From: Balanoglossus misakiensis
Lineage: Eukaryota > Animalia > Hemichordata
Direction: 5' to 3'
Length of the DNA: 64,000 bases
Assembly (NCBI GenBank): GCA_040954595.2
Contig: CM082580.2
Coordinates: forward strand, 11,174,909-11,238,908
Made by a program: the position numbers and the translations under genes. This document shows positions 53,647 through 64,000 of this stretch, piece by piece. Position 1 is the stretch's first letter. Every line of letters starts with the position of its first letter. The notes beneath the pieces were generated by a model that was not told the origin of the DNA, did not search any database, and saw nothing but the letters and a program-made list of their open reading frames with translations.

Positions 53647-56600
53647 TTTGTATTTTTCATTTTTATTTATTAATTTTATACTTGTGGAGAATATTTTTTT
53701 ATTTTTTGCCCGAGTCACGGTAATATATGTATGAACTATCGGGAAGAAATATCATTTAAAATGAAAGGGGCGTCTGCCCTAATTAATGAATACCGACATA
53801 AACGAAAACGGTAACCTGTTGCTCTAATTATTTCGTCTAGAAAATATAATGCGTAGCATCTCTTGCAATCTATTTGGCATTACGTCAAGGTCAACTTATG
53901 TTGAATGTTTATTTGTTTTATTTTTCCCTTTTAGGTAAAAGAATGTCCTAGTGATGAAGCTTTCTCGTCTGACTACAAGGTACTGTGTCTGCCTGTCTGT
54001 CTGTCTGTCTGCCTGTCTGTCTGTGACTGCGAGTGTAGTTTAGTTTTTAATTAAATGCTGTGAAATCATCAGACATACAATCCGGTGCAAGGCAACTGAA
54101 ATGCGACAAAAGCCATCAGACAACTAAGCGTGCGCGCAAGGTTATTTAAAAATGGACGTCATGAAGGTCGATTGACGGCATAGATTGGTTGGAGTTCTGA
54201 TACTGGGATTGAGGCAACGCCCATGCCTATGAAATTCATTTTGTTGACTGCCATGCCATGGAATTGTCAGAAATCATTGGAGAGATTGGGACAACATTTA
54301 AAGCTGATTCGTAAGCTAATTGATCAACACTATTCCCAGAAACATCCTAAGACTGGTGGCCAGCGAATATAATAATCCAATACACACATATTTAGACAAA
54401 TTGGAGGTCGCCTGTAAAGGTCCAAATATAGAAGCAACACGATTACTCGGGCAATACCACCGGGTAATGATGAAGCGTATTAAGAACTCAGTTACATGGA
54501 GGAAACTACACAAGCAAAGTTTTGTGTATTTCAAGAATGTGAAACCGTCACGGCTCGAAGAATCGCTTTGTTAGTTGTTGCTTCTCTTTTCGGTATCAAA
54601 GCACAATCATGTGGCTTGTTGAAATGTCTACGTGTCACGCCCGTAGGGGTTACAGGGAGATCGCCCAACAGAATCCTATATATAAACGAGCCATTAAATA
54701 CTAAATATAGGCGTACGTTATCGCAGAACACTTCTGTAACACACACATATACAGATATTGGACTGAAAGCAGTATATCTGGCATTCTTGGAGTCGGTTTT
54801 CTCAAAATCTCTGGTGATCCAATGATCAATATACCGCTCTGCGTTTTAAAATGCAAGCGAGAAACCCATTTGCGCGTCTGAGGTTTCAGAATTCACCACT
54901 CGCCAACTTCACATCGTGGCTCCGTGGATTCACGGGCCAAATGCCCCAGTATGCCATAATCAGTTATAAAATTGCCTAGTTAATCTGAATTATATTTCCA
55001 ATGGTCTGGGTCGCCGTTGTTAACACTCAACGTCCAACCCTTTCCCTCAATTTCCATTTTGTCTATGTGATTCTAATTAACATTTTCCTTGTTAAAGGCA
55101 GAAATAACTGTTTTTCTACTTTTCAGTACGACCTGACAGGAAGAAAAATGAAGCTACTTATTCAGAGCAAGATCACGAACATCACAACGTCGCCTTGGGA
55201 AACCCTCGATGACCTGATTAACGTGTACAGAAAAGACTTGCCACAACCTGACGTGAGTTACTCAGGTCTTATTTACATCACTGCGACAGTCACAGAATTC
55301 TAAATATCAACTTCACTGCAGCCTGGTTGAACTGACTTATTTGGACAATGTTTAAAATTTTGACAACAGAGCAGTTGATTTCGCAATCTAATTATAGACC
55401 GTCTGTTTTGATTAACTCATAAAGGGGGTCAAGAATTGGAAGAAGGACATCGAGTTCGGCATGCAGCGTTTGTCAGGGTGTAATCCGACAATGATCCGAC
55501 TATGCACGACGATTCCCGAGAAGTAAGTCTCATTCTATACCTGCCACTACGATAACCATGTCGTCTCAATCAGCGGTGGTGCTGGTGGTGTATACAAATG
55601 CATTACTATTGTCACGATGGTACTTTAATTGATTGTTATCTATTTTTGATTTGCCTTATAATTCTATCATGGGCAGTCTTGGTGTGTCGAATGAAATGAT
55701 GAAACCAGTTCTTGAAGATCTTGATTTAGAAGAAGCCATCAGCCAAAAACGGCTGTACATGATGGACTTGGGTGTATTGAAAGATTTGAAATGCACGAAT
55801 GACAGAAAGGTGAAAAGAAGTTTTTTTGCTTATCCTACAATTCTATATCGGCTACTGTTAAATAAAAAATACGAGGAATATTGGACTTGAAATATGGAAG
55901 ATGCGTTCTACGAAGAGTCTGTTTCTGTCATTGAATAATTTCAATTGCATCCAGGGGCATATTTAGTTTAACGACATCAGTCATAAAGTGCATTACTTAT
56001 TTTTACTTATGTTTTTCACACCATCTGTGTCAACCAGCCGTGACAAAGTCCCTTCTTTAGATAAAAAAACAGCTGTTGACCTTCACCACGGATAAACAGG
56101 ATGATATGCTTAATTCATTGTTCATACTTTTTAGTTTATAAAAATGCGGACCTGATATGTTTAATTTTGGTTGAAACTTAATTTTCAGGTTTGCGCGCCT
56201 ATTGCTCTCTTTTTTGTGAACAACGAGAAAAAGTTTATGCCAGTTGCTATTCAGCTCCAACAGGAAAAGGGTGAAAACAATCCGGTGAGTTGTATCACGA
56301 TCTTAAAGTTTAGATGTAATTTTTAGTTAGACTACTTCATGAATTTGATGGGTTTTAAATAAATGCTGTGTTGTATGTTTTGTTTGAGAGCATATAACAC
56401 GTCGGTGAAGATCGTGGCGTCTCGTAAAATGTCGCGAGAACACAATGCAAATAAATCTGCTGCTGCGTTTCGTTTTCTTCGCCAGGTGTTCTTGCCAACC
56501 GACCCCGAGTACACCTGGATGCTGGCGAAGATGTACTTCAACAACGCCGACGCATCCATACACCAAGCGTGTACACACCTGGCGTTCACGCATCTCCTCA

Positions 56601-59257
56601 TGGAGTCCGTCGCCGTTTGCACAAATCGCAATCTTTCACCTTCACATCCGCTCTACCGTCTGCTCGCACCGCACTTCCTCTATCTGCTCGCCATAAACAG
56701 GTGAGTTGTGATCTCCTGTGAAGCACTGTGCTTCATCGTTATTTGGCGCTATTTTAGTCACTACACTTATATAGGAGATTGATATTCATATATGTGCTCC
56801 AGAGGTCTGACTGGCGAGACAACAACGAAAACAGCTTCCAGATGGGATTCAATTCAATTCTGGTGATAAAATGCAGTTGCTAATAAGAGACTAAAATACA
56901 GCGTAGTTCATGCGTTTTCTGAGAACCAGTTGGTTATAGCAAAGTAACAGGTGTTTCTGGGACAGTAAAAACGTATCCAGTTATATGTGAGCTGATTTAT
57001 TCAATCTGCTAGATTGAATTTCCACATGGTGCCGTCCGTTGTTTTAGGGTTAAGGATCGGATTGAAATACTATGCAATTAGAGGCAGTTCATGGGACTTT
57101 TACCACGTGCAATTACTTTGTGTAAAGTGTACCTGAAGGATTGACTTCGTTTGTGGTATCACATCTCGGGGTATCACATCTCAACCTGTTTGATTGTGCT
57201 AATATGCTTCGACATTCGCACTATTCTTGTGCTTTTATCCAGTCGAGCGCTTGCGAAGTTAGTGGCCCCCGGTGAATGGGTGGACCGATGCATGACCAGT
57301 GGACGCATCGGAATGTTTGGAATCATCGCCCGCATGTTCAAAGACTGGCGGATGGACGTGGAAGGGACGCTGCCCAGAGACCTGGAAGAACGGGGCGTGG
57401 CCGACCCAGAGGTCCTGCCAGACTACCACTATAGGGACGATGCAATGTTATCGTACAACGCCATCAAGAATTATATTACCATGGTTGTCAAGGAGATTTA
57501 CGGTAGAGTTGATCGTTTCTCGGTGTTTGTCTGTTATTCAGTTCCCGAAACAGTTTTTCACCTAAGTTTATCGCTGTGTGTTTTAACATAGACATCCCTA
57601 AGGGTACAATCTCGAGCAGACTTGCACGAATACAACTACATGCGCAAGTATATTTAATAGAACAGGTACGCACAGAGGCACGCAGTCACAATCGGTTGCG
57701 GTGGTATCAATCTGACAAAATCTGACAATTACTTTCAATTGATGGGACGAATCTAAAATCAGTACACAATGATAATTGGGTCGTGATTAGCAGATTTGTC
57801 CACTAACCGGTGACGTATTCATGGATGGTGGGGTTTAAACATAAGGCCAGCTGGGGAGACGGGCATTGCGCGAACGCTTCGAGAAACAATGCTTTTGTCC
57901 TTGACCCGACTGATAAAATTAGACGATCTAAAATTAAAGCCTGACATTTAAACTTATTTCGATGGTCATGGATAAACCCGAGTGGCATTGATGTATTGTT
58001 TGAATTTGATCACACAAGCACTTTACAGGGTAACCGGGAAGAATATAATTAATTGAAATAGATACATTAATAACTTAATGTACTTCGTCCGTAACTTATA
58101 GCTTTTATACTACCTGGCTAACACTTTTGCTGTTTTGTTCTTAAGACGATCCGGAGAAGATTGCCGAAGACTACGAACTGCAAGCATGGGGTCAAGAAAT
58201 GACGGCTCCCATTCCCGATGGCATGGGAATTAAGGTTCTTAGCTCTCATTTGCCATAAATGTGTATCAGTCAGGACTACTCTCATAGGTGACAGATGTTT
58301 GTCGATCGATCTGTCTGTCTATCCGTCTGCCCGTCCTCCGTCCGTCATTATTATAAGTACAGTTTTCTGGTGCAAAAGTTTTGAACCATTAAAGATACAA
58401 TCTATGCGTTTAGCGTTGTGGTGCCGTTCATAGAGACAGGCATAACAATCGACATATAGAACAAAACAAAGACGAAGGGTAACGTTATTTTTAATGACCT
58501 ATAGGGGGTGCCCGGTAATGGCCATTTCACTACAGTGGAGGAGATTGTTCAGACGCTGACTTCCATCACATTCATCAGCAGTGTTGGCCACGCCGCCGCC
58601 AACTTCGCCCAATACGATGAATATGGATTCCCTCCGAACTACCCGGCAATCCTGCGCGGAGACCCGCCTACAACAAAGGTACGTGGATAGCCGCTTTCAT
58701 GACCCCCCCCCCCCCCTACACTTTCATATGGTATTATAGTCACATTACGTTTCACTTTGTGGTTATTTTTAGTCACATATGAATAGCTGGCGAACACCTA
58801 ATATGGTTTGTGTTAACTGTGTATCGACTGCTCTCGCTGCAGGAACCACTCACAGAGAAGGCGATTCTGGATCAACTCCCTAACAAAAAAACAACCATAG
58901 AAACCATGGTCATCACCAAGATACTAAGCGACAGGGGAACCAAGCCCCTCGCAGACTTTGAAATCAAGTATCAGTACCATCCAATCGGCGAAAAGGCCGT
59001 ACAAGAGTAAGTGACCAAAGCAGTTATTAGTATTACTGGAATCTACTGGAATCTATTGTCTACAACGACGCACAACATCTATTTATAACACACGTCATCA
59101 CCCTGCGAGCAAAATGACAATTTGTCTTTTCTTATTTTTCAGATTCATGAAAGAATTGGAGGAAATAGGAAAGATCATCGACGAACGAAACAAGACGCGG
59201 TCGAACCCGTACATTTACTTGAACCCACGTGAAATTCCAAATGCTATCAGTATTTAA
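53038..59257 (+). CDS. Lipoxygenase (N-terminal PLAT + non-heme iron catalytic domain; arachidonate lipoxygenase-like, no AOS fusion); 12 exons, ~664 aa
   Basis: Exons 53038-53517, 53935-53979, 55127-55252, 55425-55522, 55677-55809, 56189-56284, 56486-56700, 57243-57502, 58146-58234, 58505-58678, 58843-59006, 59143-59257 join in frame (1995 nt). Motifs [80 protein letters not shown]-terminal NAISI. Confidence 0.96.
53524..53649. repeat. (TTTA)n microsatellite in lipoxygenase intron 1
   Basis: ~30 nearly perfect units starting a few nt after the donor. Confidence 0.95.
53935..53979 (+). CDS. Lipoxygenase exon 2
   Basis: ttttag| [15 protein letters not shown] |gtactg; matches the LP.DE.F linker of lipoxygenases. 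Confidence 0.88.
53985..54023. repeat. (CTGT)n microsatellite in lipoxygenase intron 2
   Basis: visible tandem units directly after the donor. Confidence 0.85.
55127..55252 (+). CDS. Lipoxygenase exon 3
   Basis: tttcag| [42 protein letters not shown] |gtgagt. Confidence 0.9.
55425..55522 (+). CDS. Lipoxygenase exon 4
   Basis: aaag| [32 protein letters not shown] |gtaagt. Confidence 0.93.
55677..55809 (+). CDS. Lipoxygenase exon 5
   Basis: ggcag| [44 protein letters not shown] |gtgaaa. Confidence 0.92.
56189..56284 (+). CDS. Lipoxygenase exon 6
   Basis: tttcag| [32 protein letters not shown] |gtgagt. Confidence 0.95.
56486..56700 (+). CDS. Lipoxygenase exon 7 (two iron-ligand His)
   Basis: gccag| [15 protein letters not shown]...[12 protein letters not shown]...[18 protein letters not shown] |gtgagt. 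Confidence 0.97.
57243..57502 (+). CDS. Lipoxygenase exon 8 (Coffa site, YRDD)
   Basis: atccag| [14 protein letters not shown]...[10 protein letters not shown]...DYHYRDD...KEIY |gtagag. Confidence 0.96.
58146..58234 (+). CDS. Lipoxygenase exon 9
   Basis: ttaag| [30 protein letters not shown] |gttctt. Confidence 0.92.
58505..58678 (+). CDS. Lipoxygenase exon 10 (His/Asn iron ligands)
   Basis: atag| [10 protein letters not shown]...[23 protein letters not shown]...TTK |gtacgt. Confidence 0.96.
58843..59006 (+). CDS. Lipoxygenase exon 11
   Basis: ctgcag| [16 protein letters not shown]...EKAVQ |gtaagt. Confidence 0.93.
59143..59257 (+). CDS. Lipoxygenase exon 12 (C-terminal Ile iron ligand)
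   Basis: tttcag| [37 protein letters not shown]. Confidence 0.96.
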
Positions 59258-61709
59258 CCCTTTTCACCAACCTACCATAGAAAACAAAAGATTTCGACTG
59301 AACCATGGTGGTGAAAGGGTCGAGACTTGTCACTATGGCAATAGAAAACAACACATTGGCAGACTGTTAACGACCAACTCTGACGTCAGAACCTCAGAAA
59401 AAACTACATTCATTTGAGAGAATAACTATTGTTAAAGTACATGTAGTTGCTATATGTTATAGTCACGGGTTTATGGTTTATGTAACTTATAGTGTATAAT
59501 TATAGACAGTAGAAATGATAATTAGCTGGGAGGGGAATATATTTCGTGAGAAAAATGTGTTTTCGATAACAAGTTTTTAAAACAATTGATAACTGAGTAC
59601 TGATCAGGAAATCGGTTTACTATGGTGCAGGGAATAATACACGCGTGACATTAGACTTGTTCAGGTTTTTTTTTTGGGGGGGGGGGGTAGAATTCAATTT
59701 TCTTGATACACAATAGAAATAGTTTGCTACAGAATTTCCTTCCGAATATATTAACAAAGTAGGTGGCTGTTTCGCTATAGGGCCTAAATATATTATTCAC
59801 AGGCCTACATTGTTTCAAGCGGGGCATTTTTGACACGGTTTTATGTTATTGATGATTTATTTATGAATATTAATAGTACGAGGTTATTTTGACTGCCTTT
59901 GAAATTATGGTTACAGAAACAACGGTTATGTCACATGGACAGAGTTTCTCTAGGAATCTGCTTTAATACTACAGTAGACCTACATTTTAAATCTAATTTC
60001 AATTAAATTGTTCAGTGCGAGGATGCAGCCATATTGGGTTTTATGCGCATTGAGCGCTGGGGCAGTGGCACCGTATTTCTGTACGGTAATATGGGTTCTT
60101 ATATCGCGCACATATGGTTAAATCGTAAAAATAGTGTCACCGTGCACCGTCGCTCCGGCCCCGCTAATATTAGTTCTCTTACCTGTTTTATGCCATGCGC
60201 TCCAGGGTTATGTTTACATCCGGTCCTGCGCATTACGGGTGGTACTCGTTGCGACCGAAAACATGCTTGAAAAAGTCTTTACCCAAACAAAGCCTAACTA
60301 CAATGCCACTGGCCATTACGTACTCATAAATTGCCAGCTACATTACAAAATGTTTGTGATGGTTTTATGAAATTCTGGGGGGGGGGGGGGTAGAGGACTT
60401 ACCATGCATCACATCGCAAGCATCCACATGGCTGTAATATCCATCCCTGTCACGTCGAAGCTTGTACTCTTTGGTATCTCGCGAAGCATTGCGTATTCCT
60501 CTTGTGAATTGTAAGACGACTGTTCTCGCGTATGGGTTAAACTCCGGGCTGTGAAAATGTCCTGTGATCATAAAGTTCATATCCCTCGAATTACTTGCAC
60601 GCGCCGGTCTTTGTCATAGGCCTATATCACTAAACGGCTGCAGACCTTCATCAAATACCAGTTCATGTGTTCGAAGGGAAAGGCGTGGAATATGACGAAT
60701 GGACGTTGTAAACTCCGTAGTTAGGCGAAACTTAAACTATTCAAGAACTTACACGACACTCAGGTACAACGCGACGGCGAACTTGTCAACGGCACACGTT
60801 ATCCTTTCCATATTTCGCGACGACAGACCAGGCAACGCCCAAGACGCCAAGCATCTCGGGATGACCTGAATTCAAAAGGGTCAACTCACTTTTCAAACAG
60901 GTGTACAACAGGTGGGCGGTGGCTATATTCTATGAGGGCGGGACTGCCCCGAATTACGCAGTGGCGGTTGGCAGATAACGAACAAAGGCATTAATTTGCA
61001 AATTGATTTGCATGTATTCTAGACAGACCACATATGTGAAAAATGAGTTGTTGAAACAACCATGCCTTACGACGATTTACATGTGGTTATCGAGAATCTG
61101 AATAATTTAATTTGTTTCTTGCTTGGGAGAAGTGCGGGGAGATAATGTCACTCCTCGTCGATAGAGGGCACAATATCCCTCTGCCACGTGATACAATTCG
61201 CTACCGACAACTCGGTGCGTAATTCGTATTGATTTGTAGGCCTGTACGTACATGTGTTTATAAACCATAAAATACTTGAAGGATAAAACATAAATTACAT
61301 CTCCAGCAAAGATAGATAGTATACACGCTGCAAAAGAACTAACATACGTTTTGTATGTTTGTAACTGGCGCACATTTAGTAAATAGACCTTCTACGAGCA
61401 TCTGTACCGATTATTCATTGATTTCTTTTGAAACACTGGACGAGACCAGTAAGTTTGACACTGGAGTCTTTACCATCATGATTCATATGGACAGTGGGTT
61501 CACCAGTCTACTCTTAAAGCAGATGTCTAAATTATGCGCCATTACGACATTCGTTGCTGTAGCAACACCCGCGTTCCTCGACCGGGTTCTTAACTTTTGA
61601 CCCAGTGCGCCCGCGCAGAAAGAGACAGTAGCGCTGCCAAAACGTCACAGATTTACTGGAAACGAACGAATTGACGGACTCGAAGCACAACTGTAGCCCA
61701 TGTGTCATG

Positions 61710-61800
61710 TGACTCAGAAAGTCTGATAGTGTAATCTTGGGGGCTGGTCCGAGTCGCAGAGATGGTATAAAAAGCAACGGGTTACTTTACTGCAGTCCAG
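61710..61800 (+). promoter_or_regulatory. Core promoter of the third gene
   Basis: TGACTCA (AP-1) at 61710, TATAAAAAG at 61766, Inr-like GCAGTC ~28 nt downstream. Confidence 0.55.
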
Positions 61801-61900
61801 AGATCATACGAGCTACAAGGACCCCAGAAGCATCAAGTTACGCATTGCTACAGCGGTTAGATTTTACTTCGGACCAGAGACGTGCACTGCAGCTGAGGAC

Positions 61901-61952
61901 ATGGCTTTGTTGGCAGTCTTTTTCTTCGGAATTATTTCGTCGGCTCTCGGAG
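61901..61952 (+). CDS. First coding exon (signal peptide MALLAVFFFGIISSALG) of an unidentified secreted or membrane protein; remainder probably beyond the window
   Basis: Kozak gacATGG, hydrophobic core ending ALG, near-consensus donor GAG|GTAAGT in phase 1. Confidence 0.7.
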
Positions 61953-64000
61953 GTAAGTTTTTCTCCTTCCTCTGAAAATATGTGACATATACACTGAGTC
62001 TGAGAAAGACGGTGAATATTTTTATCGTCGCAGTCTCCACACTATGCTTCTTTTCAAACTACCACTCTGACAGTTTTTCATAGTACACAAACTTTGATAC
62101 TTCCGCTCACATGTCACCTCACCAAGGACGATGCGAAATCTTAGAAGCTTGTTTGATTTGCACTTTTTTCGGTAGTTAAATTGAACAGATGGAAAACTGC
62201 CAAGAAGACTTGCCACGGCTAGACGGCGATACAGTTACGTTTGGTTTTCGGTCACTTCGAGAACTTATAGCGCAATCTTACATACATTATGACAGATCTG
62301 AAGTTGTAAACTTGACCACTACCGAACCATGAAAACGCCGAATGCTGGGTCCAACTTAACTATCCACGTTAATAACATAGAATATATGTGTATTGCAATG
62401 TCTTGCATGTTTACGTTTGTACATCTCTTTCTACCAAGCATACAGTAGTAAAGGGGGTCTACAGCAAACGTGGTCTGTGCCACGATCATGAAATATACAC
62501 CGAGTAAACAGAAGGTATTGATAACATCCAGGCACATTTTCCCATCAGCATGACGTCACTTAGTGACCTGAAAAGGTCCTGAAAAACTCGTGAAAAATTC
62601 GAGTCACGAGAACTTTAGAAAAGTTATTTTCAAGTAAAGTCGAAGCACGACAATTTTGTGATATTTAACGACGTAAATAATCGGCCGGCGTACTTACGAC
62701 TGTGTGAAATAAACACACTTTATGCAACAAACATGTCACTAACCCGAGTGTTTAAAAAATGGCATATTTTAACTCGTGTTTGAAAGTGCACTGCCCTTAA
62801 ATCTGTCAAATGTCAGGGTGATTTACCTTGACGTTTATGCTTGCATAGATCCATTACGGTCAAGTGACGATCAGTTGCAACATATACTTCCCACCAGAGA
62901 GAAATAAATAAATAAACTAAAATAGGAAGCGGTTGAAGAGACGGAAAATAAGAGTTTCATAGTACATAGTTCAGAGTACCTATCGTAGTAAATTTAGGTA
63001 CACAATCGTCGGAGTAACTGATAAATAAATGCTAAATTACGACAAATGTTGACAGTTTGTCGTAGAAACCAAGTACATGTATACATATACACAGTTACTT
63101 GCAAATTATCGCCTGTGTCTGTCCTTATATTCAGATAACTGATGAAATTCGAGGAGAATAAACACACAAATTTCGACCTGCGTAGGCAGATTGAACCGGT
63201 ATGGAATTGACATAAACCACGATCTTGTGCATGTTGACCCGCTTGTGTTTATACCAAGAGTGGGCGGACTGAGACGATAGCTATTAGCTGAATTAAGCCA
63301 ATCCACCACAAACAGTTTGGTCGAATACTAAACACATGTCGACTGCATGCATGTAAATCAGGTCAAGTTTATTCCGGTCATCAGGGGTCAGACCACTCGT
63401 CAGTCGGAATTCAGGACAATAACTGTTGATATTGGTTCGGTCAAAGCTTGAAGTCTGTGACCACTGTGCTTTTCAATTCAAATGAACTTGGCCAATATTG
63501 GCAGCGACGTGGTCGATCGTATTGGTCATTATTGGGTGTGCAAACCACTCAGCACATACACTAGAACCCACGGGAACATGTGGTAGTTTTCTGATAACTA
63601 GAAAGTTCACCAAGCTGTGTTCCATTATCACTGCCTCGAAAAGTGACACATTCTCTGTATCCCTTCGCATCCCTTCTATGTGTGGGTTCTTTCTTAGTCA
63701 CTGATTACAGAAATGATACCTGAATCACACCAACCCGCCTGGGGGAAAGCAACGACCGCATAAGTGCTTCCATCAATTTCCTTAAAACGAAAAAGGGTAT
63801 AAAGGTTAAACTGTTTGTTGATAAAAACGTGATCTTGGAAGAATTGGCCCTCTTGTCTACTGGTCTGACAACCCGATACTGGTTCGAACGATGATGCATA
63901 CAAAGAGCAGATTTACTGTGAAATGACCAAAATTTACTGTAACTGTCCTTTAGTATGTATTTCATGCATTCAAACCACAAGGAGAGTAAAGTTCGACAAT

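Noticed and set aside
54316-54825. ORFs in lipoxygenase intron 2
   Set aside because: Not needed for the reading frame, no motifs, no supported splice sites; possibly repeat debris
1-64000. tRNA/rRNA genes, CRISPR arrays, operons or other prokaryotic systems
   Set aside because: None seen; the sequence is spliced eukaryotic DNA with no repeat-spacer array or cloverleaf found

Overview
Eukaryotic, intron-rich genomic DNA from an animal, most likely a marine invertebrate (inferred from gene content and repeat style; the species cannot be determined from the sequence). Most ORFs in the supplied track are spurious, because the real genes are spliced. I reconstructed two complete + strand genes by hand, with GT-AG boundaries and consistent phases. 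(1) A class B1 (secretin-family) GPCR most similar to parathyroid hormone receptors. It has 12 coding exons from 27996 to 51415, about 615 aa, a signal-peptide exon separated by a ~15.9 kb intron, and ends in the PDZ ligand ETVV. (2) A PLAT + catalytic lipoxygenase with 12 exons from 53038 to 59257, about 664 aa, and all iron ligands intact. A third gene appears to start at ~61800-61952 (TATA box, strong Kozak ATG, signal-peptide exon). The most notable observation is a duplicated, intact alternative last exon in the receptor (50432-50509) with a candidate AATAAA of its own. It would give a nearly tail-less, PDZ-less isoform. Positions 1-27000 are non-coding: MITEs, microsatellites and candidate 5'UTR exons.
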